NCBI GenBank assembly: GCA_964016885.1
Contig: OZ024742.1
Coordinates: forward strand, 339,264,001 to 339,328,000
From: Eledone cirrhosa
Taxonomy: Eukaryota
Length of the DNA: 64,000 nucleotides
Reading direction: 5' to 3'
Numbering within the stretch: the stretch's first letter is position 1; every line of letters begins with the position of its first letter. Below the pieces are notes generated by a model, which made no database searches, was not told where the DNA came from, and saw nothing but the letters and a program-made list of their open reading frames with translations. Both the position numbers and the translations under genes were made by a program. This document shows, in pieces, positions 1-12,229 of this stretch.

Positions 1-986
1 CGTTGTCCAAGAGAAAGGCAAAAGCCGACACACCATGGCATCAACGACGTCATAAGTGAATCCAGAAGGTAACAAGCTAAAAGAAATACCAAAGGGTATC
101 ATGCCACCATCTTGGATTAATACTTTATTTCTAAACACCGAAATGATGAAAAGAATAGCTGTCCTCAGCGAGATTTAAAATCAGGATTTAAAGAACCGGA
201 AATAAAACTGAGGCATTTTATCAAGCGTTTTACTGTACTGCCATTTCACGCCCCCTTGAAATAATTAATGTGTACTCAAATGTTTTAGGGTTACTTTATT
301 TATTGACTCCGAATAGATGAATAGTAAATTAAATTTGATCTCAGTGAGGTTGAAATCAAAGAGATGAGAAGTGGAATAAATACGCCAACGTATTTTGTTG
401 TACAATCTGACGACTACCAATTCACTGCTATTGCTACAAACAAACCATGGGACATTCGAGTGATATTTATTACCAACTAGGTTGGTACAGAATTTCTTTG
501 AATTTCATAAACTCATTTACTATTCGTCGTGTATTATGTTGCTTAGAAAAGCAAAAATAGATAAATAAATAAACAAAACACAAATAAAAAGTAAAAAAAA
601 TAAGAATAAAAAAGTTTTATGTTAACTCAACTGAATAATATTATAGATTACGAGTAGGCAGATTGAGATCAATAAAAGAATCAAGTTAGCTTCAGTTGAA
701 TCAACAACTAGTCTACAGCAAATAGAATTAAAAAAACACACGCCATCTGATTCAACAGAAAAAAATGTCACATTCTACATAATACACTGTGTGACATCTG
801 ATCAGTGTTGCTGGATCTTCCTTCCATATCAATAACTCCTTCTTTTATATTGTTTTTTTGTTTGTTTGTTGTTTTTGTTGTTAAGCCTCAGGTCAGCAAC
901 CCTGGTGAAAAGACAGACCTATCACCAAATGAATTTCGTCGTGATCACCCTGTTTTGCTTTTATTTTGTGTATCTTGGACTACATA

Positions 987-1140
987 GGCGGCAAATTGGC
1001 AGAGTTGTTAGAACGTCAGATCGAATGCTTTGTGGTATTCATTCTGGCTCTCTGCTCTGTGAGTTCAAATCAACTGAGATCAACTTAGCTTTTCACCCAT
1101 TCGAGGTCGATAAAAGAGTACCAGTCTAGTACTGGGGTAG
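987..1140 (+). mobile_element. tRNA-derived SINE with Meta-like central domain
   Basis: A-box-like TGGCAGAGTTG and B-box GAGTTCAAAT, then GCTTTTCACCCATTCGAGGTCGATAAAAGAGTACCAG. Recurs more than 10 times; degraded minus-strand copies at ~120-250 and ~290-430. Confidence 0.75.
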
Positions 1141-1251
1141 ATTATTGCTCAATATCTCTTTCTCAATTCTATTCTCTCACATTCTATCCTTCTTTGGAAG
1201 AAATTTATTGTATTCAGAATTGGAGAGGGGTGAACTCTGTCAGGCTTAAAA

Positions 1252-1433
1252 TAATTGTTTCTACTTTTGGCACAAGGCCAGCAATTACCCAGTGCATTAC
1301 TGGTACTTTATTTTATCGACCCCGTAGGGATGAAAGGCAAAGTTAACCTCGGCGGGATTTGAACTCAGACCGTAAAGGGACGTAACTATGCTGGAAAGCA
1401 TGGCGTCCGACGCTCTTCCGGTACTGCCAATCC
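1252..1433 (-). mobile_element. Meta-domain SINE copy
   Basis: CTGGTACTTTATTTTATCGACCCCGTAGGGATGAAAGGCAAAGTTAACCTCGGCGGGATTTGAACTC is the reverse complement of the SINE core. Confidence 0.8.
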
Positions 1434-1547
1434 ATAATGCCCTAGAAACACTCTTTGTCAATATCGCACCCTTACGACTTCCTCAGGAGTTATGGAACCA
1501 TACATACATCTAAGACTATATTTTCAAATATGTCATTCTTATTTTAA

Positions 1548-1838
1548 CCCTTTAGCATTTAAACCAGCCATATCCGGCCAGAATCTCTCACCTGTTTCTG
1601 TTCAAACCAGCTGTAATCAGCCACTCATACCGACGTTAAGGTATGTTCTCAAAGTAAGTAATATCAAAATCATAGATTCGATGTTATGTGAGATAATTAT
1701 GTAAGGTAAAGCATTTACTGTGAAAATATAATAGTATATATAGAGTAATGTAAATGTTATGTGAGATATTATGTGAGGTAAAGCCTTTACTGTGAAAATA
1801 CAATAGTATATATATAGAGTAATGTAAATGCTAAAGGG
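1548..1838. mobile_element. piggyBac-like MITE
   Basis: 14-bp TIRs CCCTTTAGCATTTA / TAAATGCTAAAGGG, flanked by TTAA on both sides (1544-1547, 1839-1842). Confidence 0.8.
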
Positions 1839-2225
1839 TTAAGGCCATAGGGTGTAATTTGCTATCGCTTAGTCAGGAAAAATAAGGCAGTAACTATCGG
1901 TAACTTTTCAGGGCCCCCGGAACGCTTGAGAAGGGAGAAAGAATCCTTAAGCCAGAGAACTGATCTGAATGCTTGCGCCAGAGGGAGCTACTATCTCGAT
2001 CGTGTCTATATGTATCTTTAGAGATAATTTTACAATGTATTTATAAAAATGTTATGTATGACAACAGGTATGACAGGTATGTATGACAAATGTTATGTAT
2101 GACAACATATTATACACGGGATGATCACTACAAGGCTGGTGCAGTTTCGTAGCGTTCCACCTTACTTTTGACTTACATCTTTAAAACATATATAATATTG
2201 GGGTCAATATAATACATGACACCTT

Positions 2226-4070
2226 GTGGCAATGTTGGAAACCATCATCTTCAGCATTATCATCAACAACAGCGGCATCTGCTCGGTGGTCAAAGTTAAT
2301 GGCCACCACTCGGAACCGTTTCAGATCTCCCGATCGGTCCGTCAAAGGTGCCCTCTCTCCTCCCTTCTGTACGTATTGACTCTCGAGCCTTTACTGCGGA
2401 AGCTGGAGCTGTTGCAGGGCATCCCGATCGAACCGGGACGCGGAAAGGCTGTGTCGGCTTATGCGGAAGACATCACTGTGATGGTGTCGGACACCTCAGA
2501 AATCGAGGTGGTCGGCAACTTATTGGAGGAATATGAAAGGTTGACGGGAACAAAACTTAACCCGGAAAAGTCGGTGGCTTGCAACTCGGCACCTGGAGAG
2601 GCAAGTCCATGCCGTCCAACACCGTCGTTAGGCGCTGGACGGACGGACCGGTAAAGTTGCTCAGGGTTTGGTTCGCGCCAGTCCTCCAGGTGGATAAGAA
2701 TTGGGACGAGGTGACGGGCAGGGTAGCCAGTCTCACCGAGAAATGGGCTGCGAGGGAGCTATCACTGAAAGGTCTGGCGGAGGTGTGGAACGCGTACATC
2801 GCGTCCTTCATCTACTACCGTCTGACCGTCGTCCCTTGCCCCCGTTCGCGCCTCACCATCTTGGAGCGGCTCCTCTTCAAATTCTTGTGGAGGGGTCAGG
2901 TTCCGTTGGTGAGTCAATCCATCTGCTGCCAGCACCCTCTACGTGGAGCGCTGGACATGCCATGGTTAATGATGCGCAGACACGCGCTGAGGCTGCGGCA
3001 TCTCCAGATATTCTATATCCACAGGTGTGGTCGCCGTTTGTCAGACGGTCCTTTCCACAGCTCGTTTCTTTGACTGAGCTGCAATCCTGGGTCAAGAAGA
3101 GACGGAGACTGGGTGACTGGTATCTGGAATGTTGCCAGGCACTCACTGATCTCTACCAGGCGGGCAATGCGGTCAGTGGAACTTCCACTCTCGAGTTCTA
3201 TAGAGGATTAGTGGTGGGCAAGTGCGACGACGCACTCGGAGAGGCTCTGGGCGTCGACGAAGTCGAACTAACCAGTCTGTTCCGGAGGACTTTCGAGCCG
3301 GGGACGATGGATAATTACCAAAAATTCCTCGCTTGGCAGTGCTACCGGGGGGCACTGCCGGTTCGAGATAAACTCTACAGGCACGGAAATGCTGTCAGAC
3401 GGACCTGTCCGAGATGCGCGCACAGCGACGAAACCGTTCTGCACGCACTCATCCAGTGTCCGTGCATTACTGACTTGTGGAGTTATGTTGAACAGCTGTT
3501 GTCGCGTGTAGAACGGATCCGGCTATCGGCCGAGTCCATAGTGAAGATCGACACGCTGCCTTCTTTTGGCCAGGAAGGGCAGGCAATTCTCCTCTGTCTG
3601 GTGGCAGTAGCGAAAGAGGTTGTATGGTGGACGAGGTTGAAAGGACTGAAGACACTTTTCTCTTCGGCCAATCCCTCATCAACTTTTTCAAGTTTCACTT
3701 GGAAAGGAAGGTGAGGGTGGAGAGAGAAGTGCTGCCCCCCAGTACATTTGCTGAAAGGTGGGTGAATGTGGCGAGAATGGCCCGTGTGAGTGGGCCTACT
3801 CTGGTCATGCGGCTGTAGGTGGGTAAATTTGAGGAGGAGAGGTGTGCCCTTCCAGGGTGCTCGCGAAGCGTCAGGTCGTTCAGGATTGGTGGGGTACCTG
3901 AGCGAACCCTGAGTGGTCATCCCTCCTATTGGGGAATTTTTCTTGTATTTTTATTGTTACTTTGTTATTGTTATTCATATTGTTTACTCGATTTTTCTGT
4001 AAAACCCCACTGTCCCAGTCTTTTGTATTGTCCCCTATATATCGGCCCTTGTGGCCAATAAATGAAATCG
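2226..4070 (+). mobile_element. 5'-truncated Tx1/L1-clade LINE (RT C-terminal part plus zinc knuckle), frameshifted
   Basis: SRSVRQRCPLSSLLY..LEPL, AYAEDI (YADD-like), KLNPEKS, and CPRC..ETVLHALIQC across several frames; 3' UTR ends at AATAAA ~4057. Confidence 0.85.
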
Positions 4071-4292
4071 TTATTACTTTATATTGTTTTTCATTAGTTA
4101 TCTTCTAAGTATATTTGTTGGTTATATCTGAACTCTAAGAACCAAAAAAGTCTTCCCAACGTCGGCCACAGACTGAAGATATATGAGATAATAATTAGCT
4201 CCCAGACATAGTTCTAATTTGTTGTTGTTGTTCTACCTACTGAAAAATATTAAAGTTAAAAGATAGTTTATATATATAAACTATCTTTTAAC

Positions 4293-4345
<53 letters not shown>

Positions 4346-4350
<5 letters not shown>

Positions 4351-5405
4351 ATACTTTGGGAGGATCATGTTGCCAATAAGAAACACACGCACCAGTTGCT
4401 TTCACTTCAATTTATTATAATAAATTTATAAATTTAGGAATTTATAAATTTCCGGTTGGTTGGTTGGTTCCACAACCAGTTGGTTGTTGATATATTGTCA
4501 AAGTTCTTTCGTCACACATTCTGCGATCTCTTCAGTGACTGGGGATTCTTTTCTTTGTTTTTGTGCCTCTCCTTTGTTCTGTCCTACACCATCTTGTTTC
4601 TGTGTGTGCGTTGTGTGCTCAGTCTGCGCATGCGCCACATCCGGGTGTCTGTGTGTGTTTATATTCGTTTATTTATTTGTTTATTTACATGTTACAGCTT
4701 GGTTGTTTGTTCTATGTGCGTGTGTGTTTTCATTTTGTCCTTAATTGTAAGTTGTGATGTTGCTGTTCCACTCATGTTTTCTATTTAATTTTGGTTGTAA
4801 TTCTTTTATGTTTATTGCCTCTGTGATTTGTCTAAACATTGCGTCTTTTCTGTGTGTAGATTCTATTTTTATTTCTATGTTCTCTAATTTACCCTTATGT
4901 TCTATTTTAGCATGTTGGTAGAGTACAGATGATTCTTTACTATCTTGAAGGTCTCGCCAGTATTCAATGATCCGTTCCCCTACACTACGAGCTGTCTCAC
5001 CTATGTACACTATATTTTTGTCTCTACATTGTCCTTCAGTACATTTTATGCTATATACTACATTTCTAGTTTTACAGTTAATATGGGGGCTTAATTTACA
5101 GGTTATACATTTCTTATCTATACAGGGGGTCTTTGGAAAAGGTATGTCTTGCTAATAAGTGTTTTTACGGAGGTACCTGGTCTTTCTACTATCTTAATAT
5201 TGAGTTTATGTTTATCTAGGGCCCTTCTAAATTTGTAAGCTAATTCACCTCTAGGGGTATAAACAACCATCTGGTTGTGGAACCAACCAACCAACCGGAA
5301 ATTTATAAATTCCTAAATTTATAAATTTATTATAATAAATTGAAGTGAAAGCAACTGGTGCGTGTGTTTCTTATTGGCAACATGGACCCTCCCAAAGTAT
5401 AACAA
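4346..5405 (-). mobile_element. Penelope-like element 3' fragment (GIY-YIG) with inverted pseudo-LTR, in (TA)n
   Basis: ORF YIGETARSVGERIIEY..RQITEA..I..LQPKLN; ~150-bp inverted ends (4346-4497 vs 5262-5405); (TA)n on both sides; second copy at 36408. Confidence 0.85.
4497..4539 (-). ncRNA. Minimal type I hammerhead ribozyme motif
   Basis: Minus strand reads gtca CTGAAGA gatcgcagaatgtgtgac GAAA gaactt tgac. Confidence 0.7.
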
Positions 5406-5489
5406 TATATATATATATATATATATATCCAAAATTAAGATAAATTAAGTGATTATTCATGTATATTTATATGTTAATCAATTTCTTGT

Positions 5490-5536
<47 letters not shown>

Positions 5537-5712
5537 GGTAAATACACATATGTTCACCAAATGTACATATATACCAAAACCCAATGTACACATATACATA
5601 CCTTACATACGTGCAAACACGCATACAAATGTACATGCACAAACACGAAATACACATATACACATAACCATATACACACATACCAGTATATATAATATAT
5701 ACACCTATATAT

Positions 5713-6410
5713 ATCTATATATATAAAACTGAGGATGTCTGTCTGTGTGTGTGTGAGTTTGAATCCCTAAAACTCGAGAACCACCCAAACTTTACACATG
5801 TAATACTTATGTTTCAAGGAGTGTTCTGAGCAAAAAGAATTTCAAATTTTCAATGTCCTAGGGACCGCACTAGGCGGTTTAGCGATCTCTCTCTATAATT
5901 CTTAGCCTTTCTCTTTTTAGATAGATACATACATCGCACCCTTATAATATCTGTCTGAATGTCTGACTGTCTGCATTACGTCACTTCCCTGAGGAGGTCT
6001 TTCTGTGTGTGTGTGTATGTGTGTATGTAAGTTTGAATCCCAACCGACTTTTTTCAAACTTTACATGTGTATTACTTATGTTTCAGGGAGTGTTATGGCC
6101 ATAAAAAATTCAACTTTTTGATCCCTTAGGTGAAAAACTACTTTTTTTCAGGTTTTTAGGTTTTTTTTTAGGCGTTACATCAGACTGATTTCCTTAAAAT
6201 TGTAACTATGTATTAGGCAGTCTCTTCTCCATACCATGAGCAAAAAAAATCCAACTTTTTTTATGGCCAACTTTTTTATGGTATTAGGTGAAAAACTTCA
6301 TTTTTTCAGCTTTTTAGGGCTTTTTTGAGGCGTTACGTCTAGCCGATTTTCCCGAAATTTCAAGGCATATTATGCACATTAAAAATATTCATTTTCTTGA
6401 TCCCCTAGGG
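5713..6410 (+). mobile_element. Putative non-autonomous Helitron-like 5' portion
   Basis: A^TCTATATATATAAA..GTCTGTCTG start resembles the 5' end of the Helitron at 58267; internal duplications; no 3' CTAG end found. Confidence 0.4.
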
Positions 6411-6414
6411 ATCA

Positions 6415-7860
6415 AGAAGGAGGAGGCAGAGCGGAGGCCAAAAACTATAGGCCAGTCTCCCTGACGTCACATATCAGTAAGTGCATGGAAGGAATCATCA
6501 GGAAGAAACTGATCACGTTCCTCGAGGAAAATGACCGTCTGACTAGCATGCAGCATGGCTTTCGCCCAGGAAGAAGCTGCCTTACACAGCTGCTACATCA
6601 CTACGAGTGGGTACTGAAACAACTATTAGACAGCTCACATGTGGAGGTGATATATCTTGACTTTGCGAAGGCCTTTGACATAGTTGACCACGGAATTGTA
6701 TGTTACGAACTACACAGACTCGGCATTACAGGAAAAGTAGGTGAGTGGCTGCATGATTTCTTAAAAGACAGAAACCAGACAGTTGCAGCCAATGGGGCCC
6801 TCTCAAAGGAAACATCAATAACAAGTGGGGTGCCCCAGGGCACAGTCCTGGGACCACTACTGTTTTTGGTGGCTCTCTCAGACATGCCCTCTATAGTACA
6901 TACAACATCCCTCACTAGCTATGCTGATGACATAAAGGTAGCACAGGCAGTCAAAAAACCCGGCTGATGCTGCTCTTTCACAACAAGATCTGGATACCGT
7001 ATACAATTGGCCTGAGGACAACAACATGAAATTTAATGCTGGAAAATTTCAAGCCTTACAATACCAACCTGCTTACACAAAGACACTACAACGCAGCTAC
7101 ACCGGACCAGGAGGGATCGAAATCCCCATGTTGAAATCGATACGAGACCTGGGATAGACATGAGCGATGATGCATCTTTTTCTTCACACATCATGAGGGT
7201 GGCGATCATGTGCAGACGATTCACTGGCTGGATCTTGAGCACTTTTTGGACAAGAGACCCAGAGACCATGTTGATACTATGGAGGACATTTGTCCTAAGC
7301 CGCCTGGACTATTGCTCCCAGATGTGGTCACCCCATAGTATCAAACTAACCACGGAGCTTGAGGGAATCCAACGAAGCTACACCAAGAGGATTGCACGAT
7401 GAAGGAGATGAGCTAGTGGAAGAGACTAAAAGAACTGAAACTCTACTCCTTGGAACGAAGACGGGAGAGATAAGCAATATGGGAATCCTGGGGGTACTAG
7501 GACCAAACTTTGGCATTGAGAGCTGGACCAAACACAGTACTGGACGTCACTGTGTGGTGCCAAAGGTCCCGCCTTCCACATCTAGAATAAGGAGCAGATA
7601 TTGCAATAGCCTGGGGTTCAAAGGCCTTCAACTCTTCAACACGCTACCAAGAAATTCCAGAGATCTGCATGGTGTACAGAAACATCTTACTATCCAGGAT
7701 CCCGGATGAGCCCACAGCACGGTACGAAGGTAACTGAAGGGCATTAGCAACGAACTCCCTCTTACGCCAATTGTCAGCCAACACAGGCTGGAGATAGAAC
7801 ATGTAGCAACAAGGGAAGTGTTCCAGCATGGCCTCAGCCGGGTGGCTGGAACAGGTAAAA
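6415..7860 (+). mobile_element. CR1/Jockey-group LINE RT fragment, degraded
   Basis: NYRPVSLTS, QHGFRPGRSCLTQL, YLDFAKAFD, SGVPQGTVLGPLLF, YADD, LDYCSQMWSP; stops and frameshifts. Confidence 0.88.
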
Positions 7861-7871
7861 GAGTAAAAGAG

Positions 7872-7898
<27 letters not shown>

Positions 7899-7902
<4 letters not shown>

Positions 7903-8044
7903 ATAAATCTACCAAGAGTTTACGGTAGTGTCCAATCCGTATGCCAATTCTAACACATATATATCCTAGAAACGATCGTTAAATAATGAACTTTTTTTGT
8001 TTAATATAAGGAACTGTTTCATTGTTTTATTCATTATTTTTTTA

Positions 8045-8052
<8 letters not shown>
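7899..8052. mobile_element. Minimal copy of the 35027 fold-back family
   Basis: First 44 bp match 35027-35071 and the rest matches 35460-35570; (TA)n on both sides. Confidence 0.7.
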
Positions 8053-8113
<61 letters not shown>

Positions 8114-8208
8114 ATAATAATAAATGTGAAAACTAAAATCCAAAGAAGGCTCGAAAAGAATAAATATATATATATTTATTCATATATATATATATATATA
8201 TATATATA

Positions 8209-8566
8209 AAGAAAAAGAGATGAAATCGAAAATGCAACTGAAGTCTTATTTAAAAAAAAAATATATATATTTATTTGGTTCCTTTACCGGTTTCGCAGTT
8301 CTTCTGCTTTTCAAAAGGTGAGTTGAGATGGAGGGTCTGTGGTTTTTCTCACATCTCACATCTGTGAGAAAAACCACAGACCCTCCATCTCAACTCACCT
8401 TTTGAAAAGCAGAAGAACTGCGAAACCAGTAAAGGAACCAAATAAATATATATATTTTTTAAAAAAATAAGACTTCAGTTGTCTTTTCGATTTCATATCT
8501 TTTTCTTTATACTTTCACTCGTGTAGGACACCTCGGTTATTTTTCATTTTGTAAAAAAAACCTCAC

Positions 8567-8572
<6 letters not shown>
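8209..8572. repeat. Fold-back mini-element (~145-bp arms) with HHR-like motif, in (TA)n
   Basis: Arms 8209-8352 and 8363-8508; cctt TTGAAAA gcag aagaa ctgc GAAA ccagta aagg at 8398-8435. Confidence 0.75.
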
Positions 8573-8602
<30 letters not shown>

Positions 8603-8606
<4 letters not shown>

Positions 8607-9316
8607 GTACATACATATATGTATACAGACGTACAGTAGTATGTATATATACATGCACACATATATATATGTACGTATGGGTTTACCGAAAATGTATTAT
8701 AATGTTTGGTCTGTTTGTAAACAAACAGCCCGAATTACGCCGTACAGTGTTCAGGCAACCATCGTCGCCTTTTTGTTCAACACTAACACAGGAACGATGT
8801 ACTAGTTTCAAGCCTATTAGCTATCTTCAGCATTGTATACCTTCCTGTCAGATGATTGAATGTCTGAAAGTATATACTTTCCTTATGCATATTAACGGCT
8901 GAGCAACCTAATTTGCATATCGAGTGAGTTAGTCGGCCGGGCGCACCGAAAACGATAAATGAAAAAAAATGAAACGAAATTTCATTTCTCACTCTTAGTA
9001 CCGCTGATACTTAAGTGTAAGTATGTATGTATACGTACATACATATATGTATACAGACGTACAGTAGTATGTATATATATACATACATGCACATATATAT
9101 ATATGTACGTATGGGTTTACCGTTCGGGCTGTTTGTTTACAAACAAACCGAACATTATAATAAATGTTCGGTAAACCCATACGTACATATGTGTGCATGT
9201 ATGTATATATATATACATACTACTGTACGTCTGTATACATATATGTATGTACGTATACATACATACTTACACTTAAGTATCAGCCGTACTAAGATTGAGA
9301 AATGAAATTTCGTTTC

Positions 9317-9320
<4 letters not shown>
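8603..9320. repeat. Complex direct/inverted repeat element
   Basis: 8968-9122 is inverted at 9169-9320; 8603-8688 is repeated at ~9030-9122; 8683-8733 is inverted at 9123-9176. Confidence 0.7.
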
Positions 9321-9377
<57 letters not shown>

Positions 9378-9392
9378 TCGCTCTCGCTCTCG

Positions 9393-9475
<83 letters not shown>

Positions 9476-9477
<2 letters not shown>

Positions 9478-10855
9478 CAAGTATTGCACCAAGAAAAAGA
9501 AGACGTCGGTATGAAGAGATTATGAATTTATTTGTTTTAACATATGTTTCCGTGTCTATTATAAATTGTCTAGATATGCTGACTACAATATATATTGTTC
9601 AATCATATGCAATACTTAATTATTTATTACACTTCATCAGAAAGCCTATAGTAGTGGAAATCAACTGTTCACTACGAAGTAGAATTGTAATGAGATTTTC
9701 ATTTAAGAAAATGTAAATAAATTTAAGATACCATGAAATAGAGTAGGTTAGTGTGATAGTAGAGAGGGACGGGGCGGGGAGTAAAGAGTTTCACACTATC
9801 AATCTGTGTGCTGTGATGTGGAACAAGTATTCTTTGACCATTATTATAGGCGAAGGTTTTGTTGTTTACCATATGTAAGGAGAGGGACAGAGAAAGATAA
9901 GGTAGAGATTAAGAGTAGGTTAGAGTGGGTAAGGAGGACAGGAATTAAGAAAATAGGATTGTTTTGAATATTACTGAATCCGTTGTGTATAAAAAGTTCA
10001 AATGCCACAGTAAATGTATCAATAAGATATAATAAAACCTAGGTATTAGGGATCGAATCTTGTTCTAGTCCAGTTTGTACTTGGCGAAGGTTTTTAGTAC
10101 CTTGTGTCTGAAATTAAATATTCTATCGTGCCGGCAATTTAGAAGGTCCTTTCAATTACTTTCCTCAAACATAGTTCACAGGGGCGTCTTTCATTCCGGT
10201 ATGGACGGGAAAATTTCAGCATGGACCATTGTAGTGTATATTCAATATTAGCGTGTTTCAGATCCCCAGATTGTTTTCCACCAGGGCCGTAGATTTAACC
10301 AAACTGGGGTTTTTAAATGTGTGGGTGTGCACATACCATCTTTTCTTGAAAATATTCGAAGTGGAGCCCACATATTTATATATCCCCAGTTTATATTTTA
10401 CCACACATTGATAAATGATATTTTTGTACAAGCATTTAGCCGATAGAAGACAATTGCTGCGATTTCTGCAGTTGCAGTTTGTCCATGTGTAGTGTGTGGT
10501 TTCTTCTCCGGTTGCTGTGTTGGGAGTGTTATTCCGGGTATTTTGCTGTTGATATGCGCGTAAAGTAGCAGAGACGTTAGTATTTGTGGGTGCTGGACTG
10601 CTCAGACTGCAGATACTGCTGAGGGTTCAAAGTACATCCTGGTTTCCGTTGGCTGTTGGTATTGCCATACCTGCGGAGGCATTTGTTATTCAATTTAATA
10701 ATGAAATTGCCGAGGTCAGCTGTGGTGGAATAGAATAGTGGGATCGTGCCTCTATTTAGTATTCTATGGGATTTGTGTGTTAGAGGAAAGTGATCGTCAA
10801 TAAGTTTGAAGAACAGATAGGTTACCAGATCATTGTGCGGAGGTTTATACCATAG

Positions 10856-10858
<3 letters not shown>
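9476..10858 (-). mobile_element. Degraded PLE 3' fragment (CxC linker plus GIY-YIG remnant)
   Basis: WYKPPHN..LFFKLIDDHFP..HRILNRGTIPLFYST and CNCRNRSNC are homologous to the 12918 ORF; the end is repeated at 38692-38910; (TA)n flanks. Confidence 0.75.
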
Positions 10859-10917
<59 letters not shown>

Positions 10918-11052
10918 GTTGAACAAGGTTCAATGAATAAATCAGAGAATTAGTTTTACGATACATTGGAAGCACTCAACAAGTATGGTTTTCTGGGGTT
11001 ATTAATATTAATTCAAAATATTAACAAAAATAGAACTTCTTGTGATCAAGTA

Positions 11053-11119
11053 TATTTTATTATACATATTTCAGCGGTACTGAGCTAACTTCAACAGTAC
11101 GTCCTCGTCAGATAAAATA
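11053..11119 (-). ncRNA. Hammerhead ribozyme in the inverted pseudo-LTR
   Basis: Reverse complement of the 16652-16718 motif, with an intact CTGACGA...GAAA core. Confidence 0.75.
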
Positions 11120-11958
11120 AGATGATGCATGACATACCCTGACATAGTAGATGTTTAAGATCCAGTCATGGTAGTGAGTAAGATATGATAAAACTCAATA
11201 TTTATATACCTTAAGATTGAGACATGAAAAAACTTACATATAATACATATAATACGGAGGGTGCGTGTAAGAAAGCTTAAAATTACATAACAGCAATTTA
11301 CATAACTATTAGAGATTCAAATAATTATTGAAGAAAGAGGAAAGAAAAAAAGAAAGACAGAGAGAAAACAGATGAGGGGAAAATATAGCTAGTAGAGGTA
11401 TAGAGAGCAAAAGAGAATTGATCAAAGAAAGAGTGACAAAAAGGAATAAATTATAGGGAGGGATGAATTATATATATCTATACATAACTATACATTTGGG
11501 CATAGCTATGCGATAGAGTAAACTCGAATCTTTGAATTATTGAATTATCTAGAAGTATTCATCAATCTAAATCCTAAATATAACTGGGTGTAATTAATAA
11601 AGGTTAATTTCCTTAGTTAATTAGTTATATATACTATCCAAACGTATCGGGTTGACCGTTAACTTTCAAATCATTTAAGTTAGTTCAGAGTAATGAATTA
11701 ATCAAAGTGTATAATATTTCAGGCTATAAAAGTTTATAAATATCTGTATTAATATTAAAGTATACTATCCTATTTAATTTATAAAATCATATTTTATGAA
11801 TTCATATTTATATTTAAACTATTTGCAAAACATGAGAAAGAAGACATAATATTTTCATCTCCAACAAGGTATATAAATATTGAGTTTTATCATATCTTAC
11901 TCACTACCATGACTGGATCTTAACCATCTACTACGTCAGGGTATGTCATGCATCATCT

Positions 11959-12025
11959 TATTTTATTTGACGAGGACGTACTGTTGAAGTTAGCTCAGTA
12001 CCTCTGAAATATGTATAATAAAATA
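11959..12025 (+). ncRNA. Hammerhead copy in the upstream pseudo-LTR (core TTGACGA)
   Basis: Same motif as 16652 with C>T at the first core position. Confidence 0.6.
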
Positions 12026-12229
12026 TACTTGATCACAAGAAGTTCTATTTTTGTTAATATTTCGAATTAATATTAATAACTCCAGAAAACCATAACTGTT
12101 GAGTGCTTCCAATCTATTGTAAAACTAATTCTTTGATTTATTCATTGAACCTTGTTTAACCTTTAAATATAACTAGCTCCCAGCAGGTTGAGCGCTTTTC
12201 TATACAATAGATTGCAAATTTAATAAATA

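Noticed and set aside
4247-4300. Perfect ~54-bp AT-rich palindrome
   Set aside because: Centred on (TA)n with no associated motif; probably a local fold-back at a microsatellite edge.
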